Source of the DNA: Azonexus sp.
GTDB taxonomy: Bacteria; Pseudomonadota; Gammaproteobacteria; Burkholderiales; Rhodocyclaceae
Length of the DNA: 64,000 nt
Reading direction: 5' to 3'
Assembly: GCA_046297855.1 (NCBI GenBank)
Contig: JBKBHB010000017.1
Span: 5,334-69,333, forward strand
Shown: piece after piece, positions 10,274 through 20,042 of the stretch
How the letters are laid out: each line of letters starts with the position of its first letter
Position numbering within the stretch: the stretch's first letter is position 1
Notes under the pieces: model-generated
Database searches by the model: none
Seen by the model: the letters and a program-made list of their open reading frames with translations, nothing else
What the model was told of the DNA's origin: nothing
Translations under genes and position numbers: made by a program

Positions 10274-11891
10274 CCACCCGGTTGCGGCCGCGCTCCTTGG
10301 CGGCGTAGAGCGCCTGGTCGGCCTGTTGCAGCAGATGGTCGAGGTGGTCGACCTCGGCGCTCAGCACGGCGATGCCGATGGAGAGCGTACAGGCGACGCT
10401 CTGGCCGTCAGCGAGCGACAGCGGGGCGCTGACGATCCGGCCGCGCAGCCGCTCGGCGACCATGATGGCCTGTCCGATGGGGGTTTCCGGCAGCATCACG
10501 GCGAATTCCTCGCCACCCAGCCGGCCGGCAATGTCGATGCCGCGCAGGCCGTCATGAATCAACCGGCCAATGGCCTTGAGCACCTGATCGCCGGCCGGGT
10601 GGCCGTAGGTGTCGTTGATGCGCTTGAAATGATCGATGTCGAGCATCAGGAGGGTCAGTGGTGTGCCGTAGCGCCGGCTGCGGCCAAATTCCTGCTGGGC
10701 CAGGCTCATGAAATGCCGGCGGTTGTAGAGCCCGGTCAGGTCGTCGTATTGCGACAGACGCTCAAGTGCGTGCTGGGTTTTCTTGAGTTCGGTGATCTCG
10801 GGCGAAATGCCGCAGATGCCGGTGATGTTGCCCGCCGCGTCGCGCGTCGGAAACTTGATGGACAGGAAATGCCGCTCACCGTGGGCATCCGTCAGCTTTT
10901 CCTCGGCTTCGATCGTCCGGTTGCCGGCCATGACTTCGAGGTCGAGTTGCCGGTAGGCCCGGGCAGCGTCGGGCGGGAAGATGTCGGCATCGGTCTTGCC
11001 CAGCAACTGCTCGCGGGGCCGCCCGGTCACCACTTCGTGCTGGCGGTTGACCAGCACATACTGGCCTTCCCGATTCTTGACGTAGGTGGCGGCCGGAATG
11101 TTCTCGATGATATCAGCCAGGAAATTGCGGCTCTCGCGCAGGCTGGTACGCAGTTCGTTCTCGATGCTGAGATCGCGCACGATGCCGACGAAAAAGCGCT
11201 CGTCGGGCGCTTCGACTTCACTGACGCCCAGGCTCATCGGAAAAATTTCGCCATTCTTGCGCAGGCCGACGACCTCGCGGCCCGATCCGATCACCGTGCG
11301 CTGGCCGGTTGCGACGTAGTTCCCGAGATAGGTGTCGTGTTCTTCCCGAAAAGGGGAGGGCATCAGCATCTTGACGTTCTGGTCGAGCACTTCCTTGGCA
11401 CCATAGCCGAAGATGCGTTCGGCCGCCTTATTGAAGCCAGTGATCCGTCCGGTCCGGTCGATGCGGATGATCCCCTCGTTCACGGCGTCGACCATGGCGG
11501 CGGTTGAGCGGTGGTTCGAAATGAGGCGCATCATTGCCTGGATGCGGAGATCGAGCAGCAGTGGCTGGATCGGCTTGGCCAGAAAATCGTCGGCGCCGGC
11601 CATGAAGCTGGAAAGGAGGTTCTCCTCGTCGGTGTGGGCGGTGATGATGATGATCGGGACCCGCAGTTGCGAGGGGATGCGGCGGATGCGCCGGATGGCT
11701 TCAAGCCCGCCGATGCCGGGCATTTCGATATCCATCAGAACCAGTTCCGGCGGATTGTCCAGAAAGGCAGCGACGGCGGCTTCGCCGGTCTGCACGCAGT
11801 CGACCTGATGGCCATTGCTGCGCAGTTGATCGGCCAGTACGCTGCCGACAGCCTGGCTGTCATCGGCGAGCAGAATGCGTAAGGGCTTCAT
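10245..11891 (-). CDS. REC-PAS-PAS-GGDEF diguanylate cyclase
   Basis: Likely start ATG 11891. REC (LADD, MDIEMP, GADDFLAKP), two PAS/PAC domains, GGEEF active site and RGID I-site. Confidence 0.95.
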   Translation of the reverse strand: MKPLRILLADDSQAVGSVLADQLRSNGHQVDCVQTGEAAVAAFLDNPPELVLMDIEMPGIGGLEAIRRIRRIPSQLRVPIIIITAHTDEENLLSSFMAGADDFLAKPIQPLLLDLRIQAMMRLISNHRSTAAMVDAVNEGIIRIDRTGRITGFNKAAERIFGYGAKEVLDQNVKMLMPSPFREEHDTYLGNYVATGQRTVIGSGREVVGLRKNGEIFPMSLGVSEVEAPDERFFVGIVRDLSIENELRTSLRESRNFLADIIENIPAATYVKNREGQYVLVNRQHEVVTGRPREQLLGKTDADIFPPDAARAYRQLDLEVMAGNRTIEAEEKLTDAHGERHFLSIKFPTRDAAGNITGICGISPEITELKKTQHALERLSQYDDLTGLYNRRHFMSLAQQEFGRSRRYGTPLTLLMLDIDHFKRINDTYGHPAGDQVLKAIGRLIHDGLRGIDIAGRLGGEEFAVMLPETPIGQAIMVAERLRGRIVSAPLSLADGQSVACTLSIGIAVLSAEVDHLDHLLQQADQALYAAKERGRNRVVSYVADRPA

Positions 11892-11966
11892 GGTGTCGTT
11901 TCGGGCGCGCTGCTTGTGGTTTTGCGTCATTGACCGAACAGGGCCGGCAGCATCTGCGGGCAGTAC

Positions 11967-12497
11967 CTATTCGGCAAGGTTTTCGATCAGCACGAAAAGC
12001 CGGCGATAGAACTCGCCATCGGTGATGGTTTCCTCGCCCACCTTGACCAGCGAACTCTTGTCGGTGGGCCAGGGAACGGACAGCGAGCCGATGCCGGCCA
12101 CCGACAGTCCGGTGCTGCTGCCGCCGGATTTCAGCTCGAAGCGGGTTTGCAGCGCGTTGGCGTAAATGGTCGTGTCGCGTCCCGTGCTCATGCAGGTCAG
12201 GGTGATGCGCAGCTGCACCTGATGATCGGCATCCGGCTGGAAGAACTTGGAACCCCGGATATTGCTCGGCACCGTGGCGTCGACTTCGTAGGCCTGGCTG
12301 AGCAGGGCGCGCTTGCCGTATTCGCAGAGTACCAGCGGTGGCAGGTCGCTGTGGTACTGGAACGGGGTCTCGGCCTCGAAGGCTTCAGCCCGGTAAACCG
12401 GCACCGGCTTTGCCGCGCAACCGGCCAGTGCGGCAGCAAGGGTGAAGGCGGCAAGTCGGCGAAGGGGGCGGGGGCGGGACATCGAAAATGGGGGCAA
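11967..12497 (-). CDS. DUF2242 family lipoprotein
   Basis: Lipobox LAGC; motifs KRALLSQ.Y, G.K.FQP, VKV..ETI....FY.R.F. Start may be ATG 12482. Confidence 0.75.
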   Translation of the reverse strand: MPPFSMSRPRPLRRLAAFTLAAALAGCAAKPVPVYRAEAFEAETPFQYHSDLPPLVLCEYGKRALLSQAYEVDATVPSNIRGSKFFQPDADHQVQLRITLTCMSTGRDTTIYANALQTRFELKSGGSSTGLSVAGIGSLSVPWPTDKSSLVKVGEETITDGEFYRRLFVLIENLAE

Positions 12498-12580
12498 CGG
12501 CGAGGGTGTTATCTTAACGCGATGCCGGCCATTTGGCTGACGCTGGACGAGGTCTGGGGCAGGTGATTTTTATTTTGTCA

Positions 12581-12609
12581 TGGACAAATATCGGTTGGCT
12601 TCGTATAGT
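12581..12609 (+). promoter_or_regulatory. Sigma70 promoter TGGACA-N17-TATAGT
   Basis: -35 at 12581-12586, exact 17-bp spacer, -10 at 12604-12609, upstream of the DUF3429 gene. Confidence 0.7.
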
Positions 12610-12675
12610 GTCTTCAGACTTCGGCGCTTTGCGCCGCCCCCGATGTGGATTTGGTTTTTTGTGAGGTTGACCGAC

Positions 12676-13143
12676 ATGACGACCCTGAACCCGACCCATC
12701 CAGCCGCCTTGCCCCGGCATGTTGCCTGGCTCGGCTACGGCGGACTGCTCCCTTTCATCGTGCTCGTTGCCCTGGCCGGCAGCGATCCGCATCATCGCCT
12801 GGCCTGGTCGGATGCGCTGGCGGGCTACGGCGCGGTGATCCTCAGCTTCATTGGCGCGCTGCACTGGGGTGTGGCGATGAGCGCGCCGGGACTCGATCCG
12901 GTTCGGCGTCGCCGGGCATTTGTCTGGAGTGTCGTGCCGGCGCTGCTGGCCTGGCCGGCCACTCTGCTGGCAGGCAGTCTGGCGCCGTTGATCCTGGTGC
13001 CCGGTTTTGTTCTGCATATTGTCCAGGACAAATCGCTGCTTGGTCCAGCCGGCCTGCCGGCCTGGTATTGGCCGCTGCGTTGGCGACTGACCGTGGTGGC
13101 CGTCATTTGCCTGCTGGCCAACGCCTGGCAGACCTGGGCCTGA
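12676..13143 (+). CDS. DUF3429 family membrane protein
   Basis: LGYGGLLPF, YGAVILSFIGALHWG and FVWSVVPALLAW motifs. GAGG RBS before ATG 12676. Confidence 0.85.
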   Translation: MTTLNPTHPAALPRHVAWLGYGGLLPFIVLVALAGSDPHHRLAWSDALAGYGAVILSFIGALHWGVAMSAPGLDPVRRRRAFVWSVVPALLAWPATLLAGSLAPLILVPGFVLHIVQDKSLLGPAGLPAWYWPLRWRLTVVAVICLLANAWQTWA

Positions 13144-13147
13144 GGCG

Positions 13148-13498
13148 ATGAGTGTCTGGTTCCGGCGTTTGCCCGGTTTTCGTTCCGAACCGGCCGGTGT
13201 CGAGCGGCTCATCCTGCGCCGGCTGCCGCGGGTGCTCGTCGCCGGCTCCCTGTTGCTCGCCTTGCCGGCTGGGGTTGTCCGGCTGGCCGGGATGCTTGCG
13301 CCGGCATCTGCCTTGGCAGCCGTTGAGCTGCCGGTCGACATCGCTGTTGCCAGTCTCCTGATTTTGCACTGGACCGTCGTGCTGACGGTGGCCATTGCCG
13401 CCTTCATCGTTCTGGTCATGAAGGGACCGGCCTTCGTTGCCGACGCCTATCCCCTGGATGAAGCCGATACGCCGGCTGACGCGGAAGGGGTGCGGTGA
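13148..13498 (+). CDS. Hypothetical membrane protein
   Basis: GAGG RBS, two TM helices, tightly packed between its neighbours (GTGA overlap with the next gene). Confidence 0.75.
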   Translation: MSVWFRRLPGFRSEPAGVERLILRRLPRVLVAGSLLLALPAGVVRLAGMLAPASALAAVELPVDIAVASLLILHWTVVLTVAIAAFIVLVMKGPAFVADAYPLDEADTPADAEGVR

Positions 13499-14838
13499 GC
13501 GCCGTGGAGAAAAGCGCCGCGGTGCCGAGCAGCCGGCTGGCCCGTTTGGCGCGCCTGGGCAGTCTGGCGTCGGGCGTCGCCGGGGGGATGCTGGCCGAGG
13601 GGGTGCGCCAGTGGTCGCGCGGCAACCGGCCGAGCGTTGGCGAGCTGTTGCTGACACCGGGCAACGCCCGGCGCGTTGCCGAGCAGTTGTCCCGCCTGCG
13701 CGGCGCGGCCATGAAGGTCGGCCAGTTGCTGTCGATGGATGCCGGCGACCTGATGCCGCCCGAACTGGCGGCCATCCTGTCCCGGTTGCGGGCCGATGCC
13801 CGGCCGATGCCGATGAGCCAGCTCCTCCCGGTGCTGGAAACAGCCTGGGGGGCGGGGTGGGACAGCCAGTTTGAGCGCTTTTCCTTCACTCCGCTGGCGG
13901 CGGCGTCGATCGGCCAGGTCCATGCGGCGCAATGCAAGGGGGGCGCGCGGCTGGCCATCAAAGTGCAATATCCCGGTGTGCGGCAAAGCATCGCCAGTGA
14001 TGTAGACAATGTCGCGACGCTGCTTCGCCTTTCCGGCCTGCTGCCGCGCACCCTCGATGTGGCGCCGCTGCTCGAGGAAGCCAAGCGCCAGTTGCACGAC
14101 GAGGCGGATTACCTGAAGGAGGCGGCCCACCTGGAGCACTATCGCAGCCGGCTGGCGGCCGCGGGGGATTTCGCGTTACCGGCCGTGCACGCCGGGCTGA
14201 CCACGCCGGATATCCTGGCCATGACCTTCATGGACGGCGTGCCCATCGAAGCGCTGGCCGGGGCGCCGCAGGCCGAGCGCGACCGCGTGCTGGGGTTGCT
14301 TTTCGAACTGCTGTTCCGGGAGATTTTCGAATTCCGCTGCGTGCAAACCGATCCGAACTTCGCCAATTACCGCTACGACCAAGGGAGCGGCCGCCTGGTC
14401 TTGCTCGATTTCGGCGCGACCCGGCATTTTCCGGAGCGCTGCATCGCCGCCTATCGGCGCCTGCTGCTGGCCGGTCAGGCCGGCGACCTGGATGCCCTGG
14501 CGGCAGCGGCGATCGAGATCGGCTATTTTCAGGTCGATATCGACCCGGCGCATCAGCGGCAGGTGCTGGATATCTTCCTTGCCGCCTGCGAGCCTTTGCG
14601 GCACGAGGGGCCTTACGATTTCGGCACGTCGACGCTGGCTGTCCGCATTCGCGATGCCGGACTGCGCCTGGGGCGGGATCGGCGCTTCTGGCATACGCCG
14701 CCGGCCGATGCGCTGTTTCTGCATCGCAAGATCGGCGGCCTGTATCTGCTGGCGGCGCGGCTCAAGGCGCGGGTGGATATCGGCGCGATCTTCCGGCGTT
14801 GCCTGGCGGCGGTGCCGGCAGGGGCGGCTGGAGGGTGA
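13495..14838 (+). CDS. ABC1/UbiB/AarF atypical kinase family protein
   Basis: LRGAAMKVGQLLS, AAASIGQVH, IKVQYPG, QTDPNFANY and LLDFG motifs. Confidence 0.92.
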   Translation: MSAVEKSAAVPSSRLARLARLGSLASGVAGGMLAEGVRQWSRGNRPSVGELLLTPGNARRVAEQLSRLRGAAMKVGQLLSMDAGDLMPPELAAILSRLRADARPMPMSQLLPVLETAWGAGWDSQFERFSFTPLAAASIGQVHAAQCKGGARLAIKVQYPGVRQSIASDVDNVATLLRLSGLLPRTLDVAPLLEEAKRQLHDEADYLKEAAHLEHYRSRLAAAGDFALPAVHAGLTTPDILAMTFMDGVPIEALAGAPQAERDRVLGLLFELLFREIFEFRCVQTDPNFANYRYDQGSGRLVLLDFGATRHFPERCIAAYRRLLLAGQAGDLDALAAAAIEIGYFQVDIDPAHQRQVLDIFLAACEPLRHEGPYDFGTSTLAVRIRDAGLRLGRDRRFWHTPPADALFLHRKIGGLYLLAARLKARVDIGAIFRRCLAAVPAGAAGG

Positions 14839-15024
14839 TCAGGCGCGCGGGAAACCCGGGCGGCGCATTTGTCGCAAGCCGGCTTCGGACAGGCCGGCGA
14901 TTTCGCCGATCACCTGGTTGATGCGATCGCCCAGTAACCACCAGGCATTGCCATAGGGATGGACGGCGACGTCCAGTGTGTTGCACAGTTGGCGAGCAGC
15001 GGCTCGTTGTTGTTCCAAATTCAT
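14839..15024 (-). CDS. Small hypothetical protein (61 aa)
   Basis: ORF 25 bp downstream of infA on the same strand with host-like codon usage; no domain recognised. Confidence 0.55.
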   Translation of the reverse strand: MNLEQQRAAARQLCNTLDVAVHPYGNAWWLLGDRINQVIGEIAGLSEAGLRQMRRPGFPRA

Positions 15025-15049
15025 TCAGTCTTTCAAAGATGGCCCCGGA

Positions 15050-15304
15050 TCAGCGTCGGACGCGCGGGGCGGAAGGGGTACGGCCTTCGATCTGGCGGAA
15101 GGTGATGCGTCCCTTGGAGAGGTCGTAGGGCGAAAGCTCCAGCGTGACCTTGTCACCTGCGATGATGCGGATGTGGTGCTTGCGCATCTTGCCGGCGGTG
15201 TAGGCAACCAGCGAGTGTCCGTTGTCGAGGCATACGAGAAAGCGCGAATCGGGCAATACTTCCGAAACGATGCCTTGCATTTCCAGCAATTCTTCTTTGG
15301 CCAT
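15050..15304 (-). CDS. infA: Translation initiation factor IF-1 (paralogue outside the spc/alpha operon)
   Basis: [30 protein letters not shown]...[20 protein letters not shown]. Confidence 0.96.
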   Translation of the reverse strand: MAKEELLEMQGIVSEVLPDSRFLVCLDNGHSLVAYTAGKMRKHHIRIIAGDKVTLELSPYDLSKGRITFRQIEGRTPSAPRVRR

Positions 15305-15345
15305 GATGGGCTCCGGTGAGTGGATGGGGGGAATTTCCCCGCTGA

Positions 15346-15377
15346 CTGCCCCCCCCCCGCGTTGGCCGGGGGGGCAG
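15346..15377 (-). other. Strong GC hairpin (C10 run vs G7 run) between csp and infA
   Basis: CTG-C10-GC-GTTG-GCC-G7-CAG inverted repeat with no U-tract on the coding strand. Confidence 0.55.
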
Positions 15378-15383
15378 AAACGA

Positions 15384-15587
15384 TCAGGCGATCCGGATGT
15401 TGCTCGCCTGCTTGCCCTTCGGGCCGGTCGTCACGTCGAACGACACGCGCTGGCCTTCCGTCAGCGTGCGGAAGCCGTTGGATTGAATTGCCGAAAAATG
15501 AGCGAAGAGGTCTTCGCCGCCTGCTTCGGGGGTGATGAAGCCGAATCCCTTGGAATCATTGAACCATTTGACGATACCGGTAGCCAT
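15384..15587 (-). CDS. cspA: Cold-shock protein (CspA family)
   Basis: [19 protein letters not shown] (RNP1) and DLFAHFSAI (RNP2). Confidence 0.95.
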   Translation of the reverse strand: MATGIVKWFNDSKGFGFITPEAGGEDLFAHFSAIQSNGFRTLTEGQRVSFDVTTGPKGKQASNIRIA

Positions 15588-15733
15588 GTCTTGAATCTCC
15601 GTAATGTGTGACGGGGCTGGGCCCCGAAAAGGGGCGAATTCAAGGCGGCGAGGTACGAATGGGGGAATGGCGCCGTAGAGCTACGGGTGCGCAACCAACT
15701 AATCAACAACACTACTTAAGTTCGCTGCAGTGC

Positions 15734-15762
15734 ACAATACAGGTCGGGGGCGAGAATAGCAA
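15734..15762 (-). promoter_or_regulatory. Sigma70 promoter of csp, TTGCTA-N17-TATTGT, implying a 5' UTR of about 140 nt
   Basis: Minus-strand -35 at 15762-15757, 17-bp spacer, -10 at 15739-15734. Confidence 0.65.
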
Positions 15763-15845
15763 ACGATTATTCGGGATCGCTGGCCGAAAAACCGGTCATT
15801 CATGCCGAATCTGACAGTGGGGCGCTGCGGCCCCGGTGCATGGTT

Positions 15846-17930
15846 TCAGGTGCCGCTGCCCAGCGTCACCATCAGTTCGCCCTGTGCGTTGTGCGGCTTG
15901 CTGCGCGGCGAGCGGCGACGCTGATAGGCGCCCTGGCTGTTCATTTCCCAGCCCTGCTGGTTGTCGGCGAGGTAGAACTTGAGGCCCTCGGTGACGACGC
16001 GCCGTTTCAGCTTGGGGTCGAGAATGGGAAAGGCGAGTTCGATGCGCTTGAAGAAATTGCGTTCCATCCAGTCGGCCGAGGACAGATAGACCGTTTCCTT
16101 GCCGCCGGCCAGGAAGTAGAAAATGCGGTGGTGTTCGAGAAAGCGGCCGATGATCGAGCGAACGCGGATGTTTTCCGACAGGCCGGGGACGCCCGGGCGC
16201 AGCATGCAGACGCCGCGGACGATCAGGTCGATGTCGACGCCGGCCTGCGAGGCCTGGTAGAGGGCGTCGATCACTTCCGGTTCGACCAGCGAGTTCATCT
16301 TGGCGACGATGCGTGCCTTGCCGCCCGCGCGGGCGATTTCCGCCTCGGCCTGGACGGCGGCGACGATGTTCGGCTGCAGCGTGAAGGGGGCCTGCCACAG
16401 GTGGCGCAGGGTGCGCGCCTTGCCGAGGCCGGTCAGTTGCTTGAAAACTTCCGAGACATCATGCGTGACTTCCTCGTTGGCCGTCATCAGGCCGAAGTCG
16501 GTGTACAGACGGGCGGTGCGCGGGTGGTAGTTGCCGGTGCCGAGGTGGGCGTAGCGGCGCAGCGTGCCTTCCTCGCGGCGCACGATGAGCAGCGCCTTGG
16601 CGTGCACCTTGTAGCCGACCACGCCATAGACGACATGGGCGCCGACCTGTTCCAGCTTGGTCGCCCAGCCGATGTTGGCTTCCTCGTCGAAACGGGCCAT
16701 CAGTTCGACGACGACGGTCACTTCCTTGCCGTTCTGCGCGGCGCGGATCAGCGATTCCATCAGCACGGAATCGGTGCCGGTGCGGTAAACCGTCATCTTG
16801 ATCGCCACCACGGCGGGGTCGGTCGCCGCCTGGCTCAACAGTTCGATGACCGGCGCGAAGGACTGGTAGGGATGGTGGAGCAGGATGTCGTTCTTGCGGA
16901 TGCTGTCGAAGATGTTGGCCCCTTTGGCCAGGCCCTTGGGCGTGCCGGGCACGAAGGGGCGAAATTTCATGTCCGGGCGGTCTACCCAGTCTGGCACCTG
17001 CATCAGGCGCACCAGGTTCACCGGGCCGTTGACCCGGTAAAGGTCGGCCGCCTTGAGGTCGAACTGGGCAAGCAGGAATTCGGTAATCGCCTCGGAGCAG
17101 TTGTTGGCTACTTCCAGGCGCACGGCATTGCCGAAATGGCGTTGTGGCAGTTCGCCCTGCAGTTTGGTGCGCAGGTTGGTGACTTCTTCCTCATCGACGA
17201 AGAGATCGGAATTGCGCGTCGCCCGGAACTGGTAGCAACCGACCACCGTCATGCCGGTGAACAGTTCGCCGACGAACTCGTGCAGGATGGACGACAGGAA
17301 GACGAAGCCATAGGCGCAGCCGGCCAGTTCCTCCGGCAACTGGATGACCCGGGGTAGCACGCGGGGCGCCTGGACGATGGCGATGTTGGAACTGCGGCCG
17401 AAGGCGTCCTTGCCATCCAGTTCGACGGCGAAGTTGAGGCTCTTGTTGAGCACGCGCGGGAAGGGGTGCGAGGGATCGAGCCCGATCGGGGTCAGTACCG
17501 GCACCATCTCGCGCATGAAGTAGGTGCGGATCCATTCGCGCTGCGCCTCGTTCCAGGACGAACGGCGCAGAAAGCGGATGCCCTGTTCGGAGAGCGCCGG
17601 CAGGATGACCTCGTTGAGTTGCTGGTACTGCTCGGCAACCATGGCGTGCGCTTCGGCCGATACCAGCCGGAAAACCTCCTGCGCCGTCTTGCCGTCGGTC
17701 GTCGTCACCGACGATTTGGCCCGAATCTGCTCCTTGAGCCCGGAAACGCGAATTTCGAAGAATTCGTCGAGGTTGCTCGACACGATGCACAGGAAGCGCA
17801 GACGCTCCAGCAACGGCACCCGCTCGTCCTGGGCCTGGGCCAGAACCCGGCGATTGAAGGCCAGCAGGCCGAGCTCGCGGTTCAGGTAATTCTCGGTCGG
17901 GAAGCGGGGTTTGAGTTGGGGATGGGTCAT
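15846..17930 (-). CDS. ppk1: Polyphosphate kinase 1
   Basis: Y.NRELG.LAFN.RVL, SNLDEFFEIRV, LHHPY.SF, IKMT.YRT, ARFDEE.NI, HLGTGNY and SADWM.RN motifs. Start 17930 or 17978. Confidence 0.97.
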   Translation of the reverse strand: MTHPQLKPRFPTENYLNRELGLLAFNRRVLAQAQDERVPLLERLRFLCIVSSNLDEFFEIRVSGLKEQIRAKSSVTTTDGKTAQEVFRLVSAEAHAMVAEQYQQLNEVILPALSEQGIRFLRRSSWNEAQREWIRTYFMREMVPVLTPIGLDPSHPFPRVLNKSLNFAVELDGKDAFGRSSNIAIVQAPRVLPRVIQLPEELAGCAYGFVFLSSILHEFVGELFTGMTVVGCYQFRATRNSDLFVDEEEVTNLRTKLQGELPQRHFGNAVRLEVANNCSEAITEFLLAQFDLKAADLYRVNGPVNLVRLMQVPDWVDRPDMKFRPFVPGTPKGLAKGANIFDSIRKNDILLHHPYQSFAPVIELLSQAATDPAVVAIKMTVYRTGTDSVLMESLIRAAQNGKEVTVVVELMARFDEEANIGWATKLEQVGAHVVYGVVGYKVHAKALLIVRREEGTLRRYAHLGTGNYHPRTARLYTDFGLMTANEEVTHDVSEVFKQLTGLGKARTLRHLWQAPFTLQPNIVAAVQAEAEIARAGGKARIVAKMNSLVEPEVIDALYQASQAGVDIDLIVRGVCMLRPGVPGLSENIRVRSIIGRFLEHHRIFYFLAGGKETVYLSSADWMERNFFKRIELAFPILDPKLKRRVVTEGLKFYLADNQQGWEMNSQGAYQRRRSPRSKPHNAQGELMVTLGSGT

Positions 17931-18095
17931 CGTGCGGGCTCCATGTAATTCCTGAAGTATAGGCTTCAAGTCCATCATTTTGTTGCACTTGTGTTGCAGC
18001 CGGATGACGAAATGATGCCTGCTGCCCGGGGTCTCCGGTCACGCCGCTGTAACATCGGCCGGCTAGTGTGCCGGCCAACGAATCGTGACGGCGGA

Positions 18096-19010
18096 ATGAA
18101 GGTGCACAGGCTCGGCGACAAGGCGGGAAAAAGACTGGCGATGACACTGGGAACGGTCGCCCTGACCTTGTTGCTTGGCGCTTGTTCGCCGCGCCAGATG
18201 ATCGTCGGCGGCCTGGCCGACGAACTGGCCAGCCAGGGGCAGGGTGACGAAAACGATCTCGACCTGCTGCGCGATGCCGCACCCTTTCATTTGAAGCTGT
18301 CGGAAGCCGTCCTGCGCCGCGATCCGGGTCATGCCGCGCTGGCCGAATCGGTCGCCGCCGGCTTCACGCAATATGCCTACGCTTTCGTCGCCTTCGAGGC
18401 CGAACAGATCGAGGCGCGCGACGCCAGGAGTGCCGATCGCCTGCGTCAGCGGGCGGCCAAACTCTATGAACGGGCGCATCGCCATGCCATGGCGGCACTG
18501 GAGAAAGCCCAGCCCGGCTTCGCCGCCCAACTGGCCCAGCCTGGCGACACGCTGCGCCTGCGCCCGGCGCAGGCCGGCCTGGCTTACTGGGCTGCTGCTT
18601 CCTGGGGCGGCTGGATTGCGCTGAGCAAGGACGATCCCGATATCGTCGCCGACCTCCCGCTCGCCGTACGCCTGGCCGAACGGGCCTGGGCCGCTGATCC
18701 GGCGTGGGGGCAGGGCAGCCTGACCAGCCTGCTCGGGACCTTTGAGGCCGCACGGCCGGGCGGCAGCCCGGCGCAGGCGCTGGCCTATTTCGACCTGGCC
18801 ATTGCGCAATCCGCCGGCCGCAGCGCCGGGGCGCTGCTCACCAAGGCCGAGGGCTACGCCCAGCCGGTTGGCGACAAGGAATTGTTTGCCGGCTTGCTGC
18901 GCCAGGCGCTGGCCATCGAGGATGAAGCCGGCAGCCCGCTGACCACGCAGAACGCGGTGATGCGCCGTCGCGCGCGCTGGCTGCTGGAACAAATCGACGA
19001 CCTGTTCTGA
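18096..19010 (+). CDS. tatT: TRAP transporter TatT (T-component) lipoprotein
   Basis: Lipobox LLGAC (start 18096 or 18141); helical repeats with FTQYAYAFV and YWAAASWG motifs; directly upstream of dctP-dctQM. Confidence 0.8.
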   Translation: MKVHRLGDKAGKRLAMTLGTVALTLLLGACSPRQMIVGGLADELASQGQGDENDLDLLRDAAPFHLKLSEAVLRRDPGHAALAESVAAGFTQYAYAFVAFEAEQIEARDARSADRLRQRAAKLYERAHRHAMAALEKAQPGFAAQLAQPGDTLRLRPAQAGLAYWAAASWGGWIALSKDDPDIVADLPLAVRLAERAWAADPAWGQGSLTSLLGTFEAARPGGSPAQALAYFDLAIAQSAGRSAGALLTKAEGYAQPVGDKELFAGLLRQALAIEDEAGSPLTTQNAVMRRRARWLLEQIDDLF

Positions 19011-19034
19011 GTCGCACCAAGCACGGAGAGACGC

Positions 19035-20042
19035 ATGAAGAGATGGGGAAAATGGGCGGCGCTGCTGCTGGCTGGCATTCTGGCGACATCGGCGCTGGCC
19101 GCCGACAAGCAATTGCGCATCGGTACGCTGGCCACCAAGAATTCGCTGTACCACCGCCAGTTGATGGAACTGGGCGAGGCATGGCGCTCGGCGCAGGGGG
19201 GCAACGCCAAGTATCTGGTGTATCCCGACGGCAGCCAGGGGGGAGAGACCGACATGGTGCGCCGCATGCGCATCGGCCAGTTGCAGGGCGGTTTGTTGTC
19301 GGTCGTCGGCCTGCGCGAGATCGAGCCGTCCATTGCCGCCTTGCAGAACATGCCGCTGATGTTCCGTAATTGGGAAGAGGTCGATTACGTGCGCGAGAAG
19401 ATGCGCCCGGCGATGGAGAAAAAATTTCTCGATAAGGGCTTCGTGGTGCTGGCCTGGGGCGACGCCGGCTGGGTGCGCTTCTTTTCCAGGGAGCCGGCCG
19501 TGCGTCCGGACGATTTCAAGAAAATGAAATTCTTCGCCTGGGGCGGCGAGGTGGAGCAGCAGGAAATCATGAAAAGCCTCGGCTACACGCCGGTGCCGCT
19601 GGAGACGGGCGATATCCTGCCGGCGATCCAGACCGGCATGATCGACGCCGTGCCGTCTACGCCCTATTTCGCCCTGGCGACGCAGATCTACACCACAGCC
19701 AGCAACATGCTGGAACTGAACTGGGCGCCCATCGTCGGCGCGCTGATCATTACCAAAAAGGCCTGGGATGATCTGACGCCGGAAGGCCAGGCCGCCGTGC
19801 GCGAGGCGGGCGCCAAGGCCGGTGTTCAGTTGCGTGCCAGGGCGCGGCAGGAAGTGGACGATGCCGTCGAGGCGATGAAGAAGCGCGGCCTCAAGGTGAA
19901 CAAGCCGAACGCCGAACAGATGCAGGCGTGGAACCGGTTGGCCGACAACCTCTACCCGCGCATCCGCGGCAAGATTGTACCGGCCGACACCTTCGACGAG
20001 GTGGTCGGCCACCTGAAAGCCTTCCGCGCCGGCCAGCGCTGA
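19035..20042 (+). CDS. dctP: TRAP substrate-binding protein DctP (TatP-type)
   Basis: Signal peptide; IGTLA, YPDG.QG.E.D.VR.MRIGQL, PDD.KKMK and LP..QTGMIDA motifs. Confidence 0.92.
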   Translation: MKRWGKWAALLLAGILATSALAADKQLRIGTLATKNSLYHRQLMELGEAWRSAQGGNAKYLVYPDGSQGGETDMVRRMRIGQLQGGLLSVVGLREIEPSIAALQNMPLMFRNWEEVDYVREKMRPAMEKKFLDKGFVVLAWGDAGWVRFFSREPAVRPDDFKKMKFFAWGGEVEQQEIMKSLGYTPVPLETGDILPAIQTGMIDAVPSTPYFALATQIYTTASNMLELNWAPIVGALIITKKAWDDLTPEGQAAVREAGAKAGVQLRARARQEVDDAVEAMKKRGLKVNKPNAEQMQAWNRLADNLYPRIRGKIVPADTFDEVVGHLKAFRAGQR

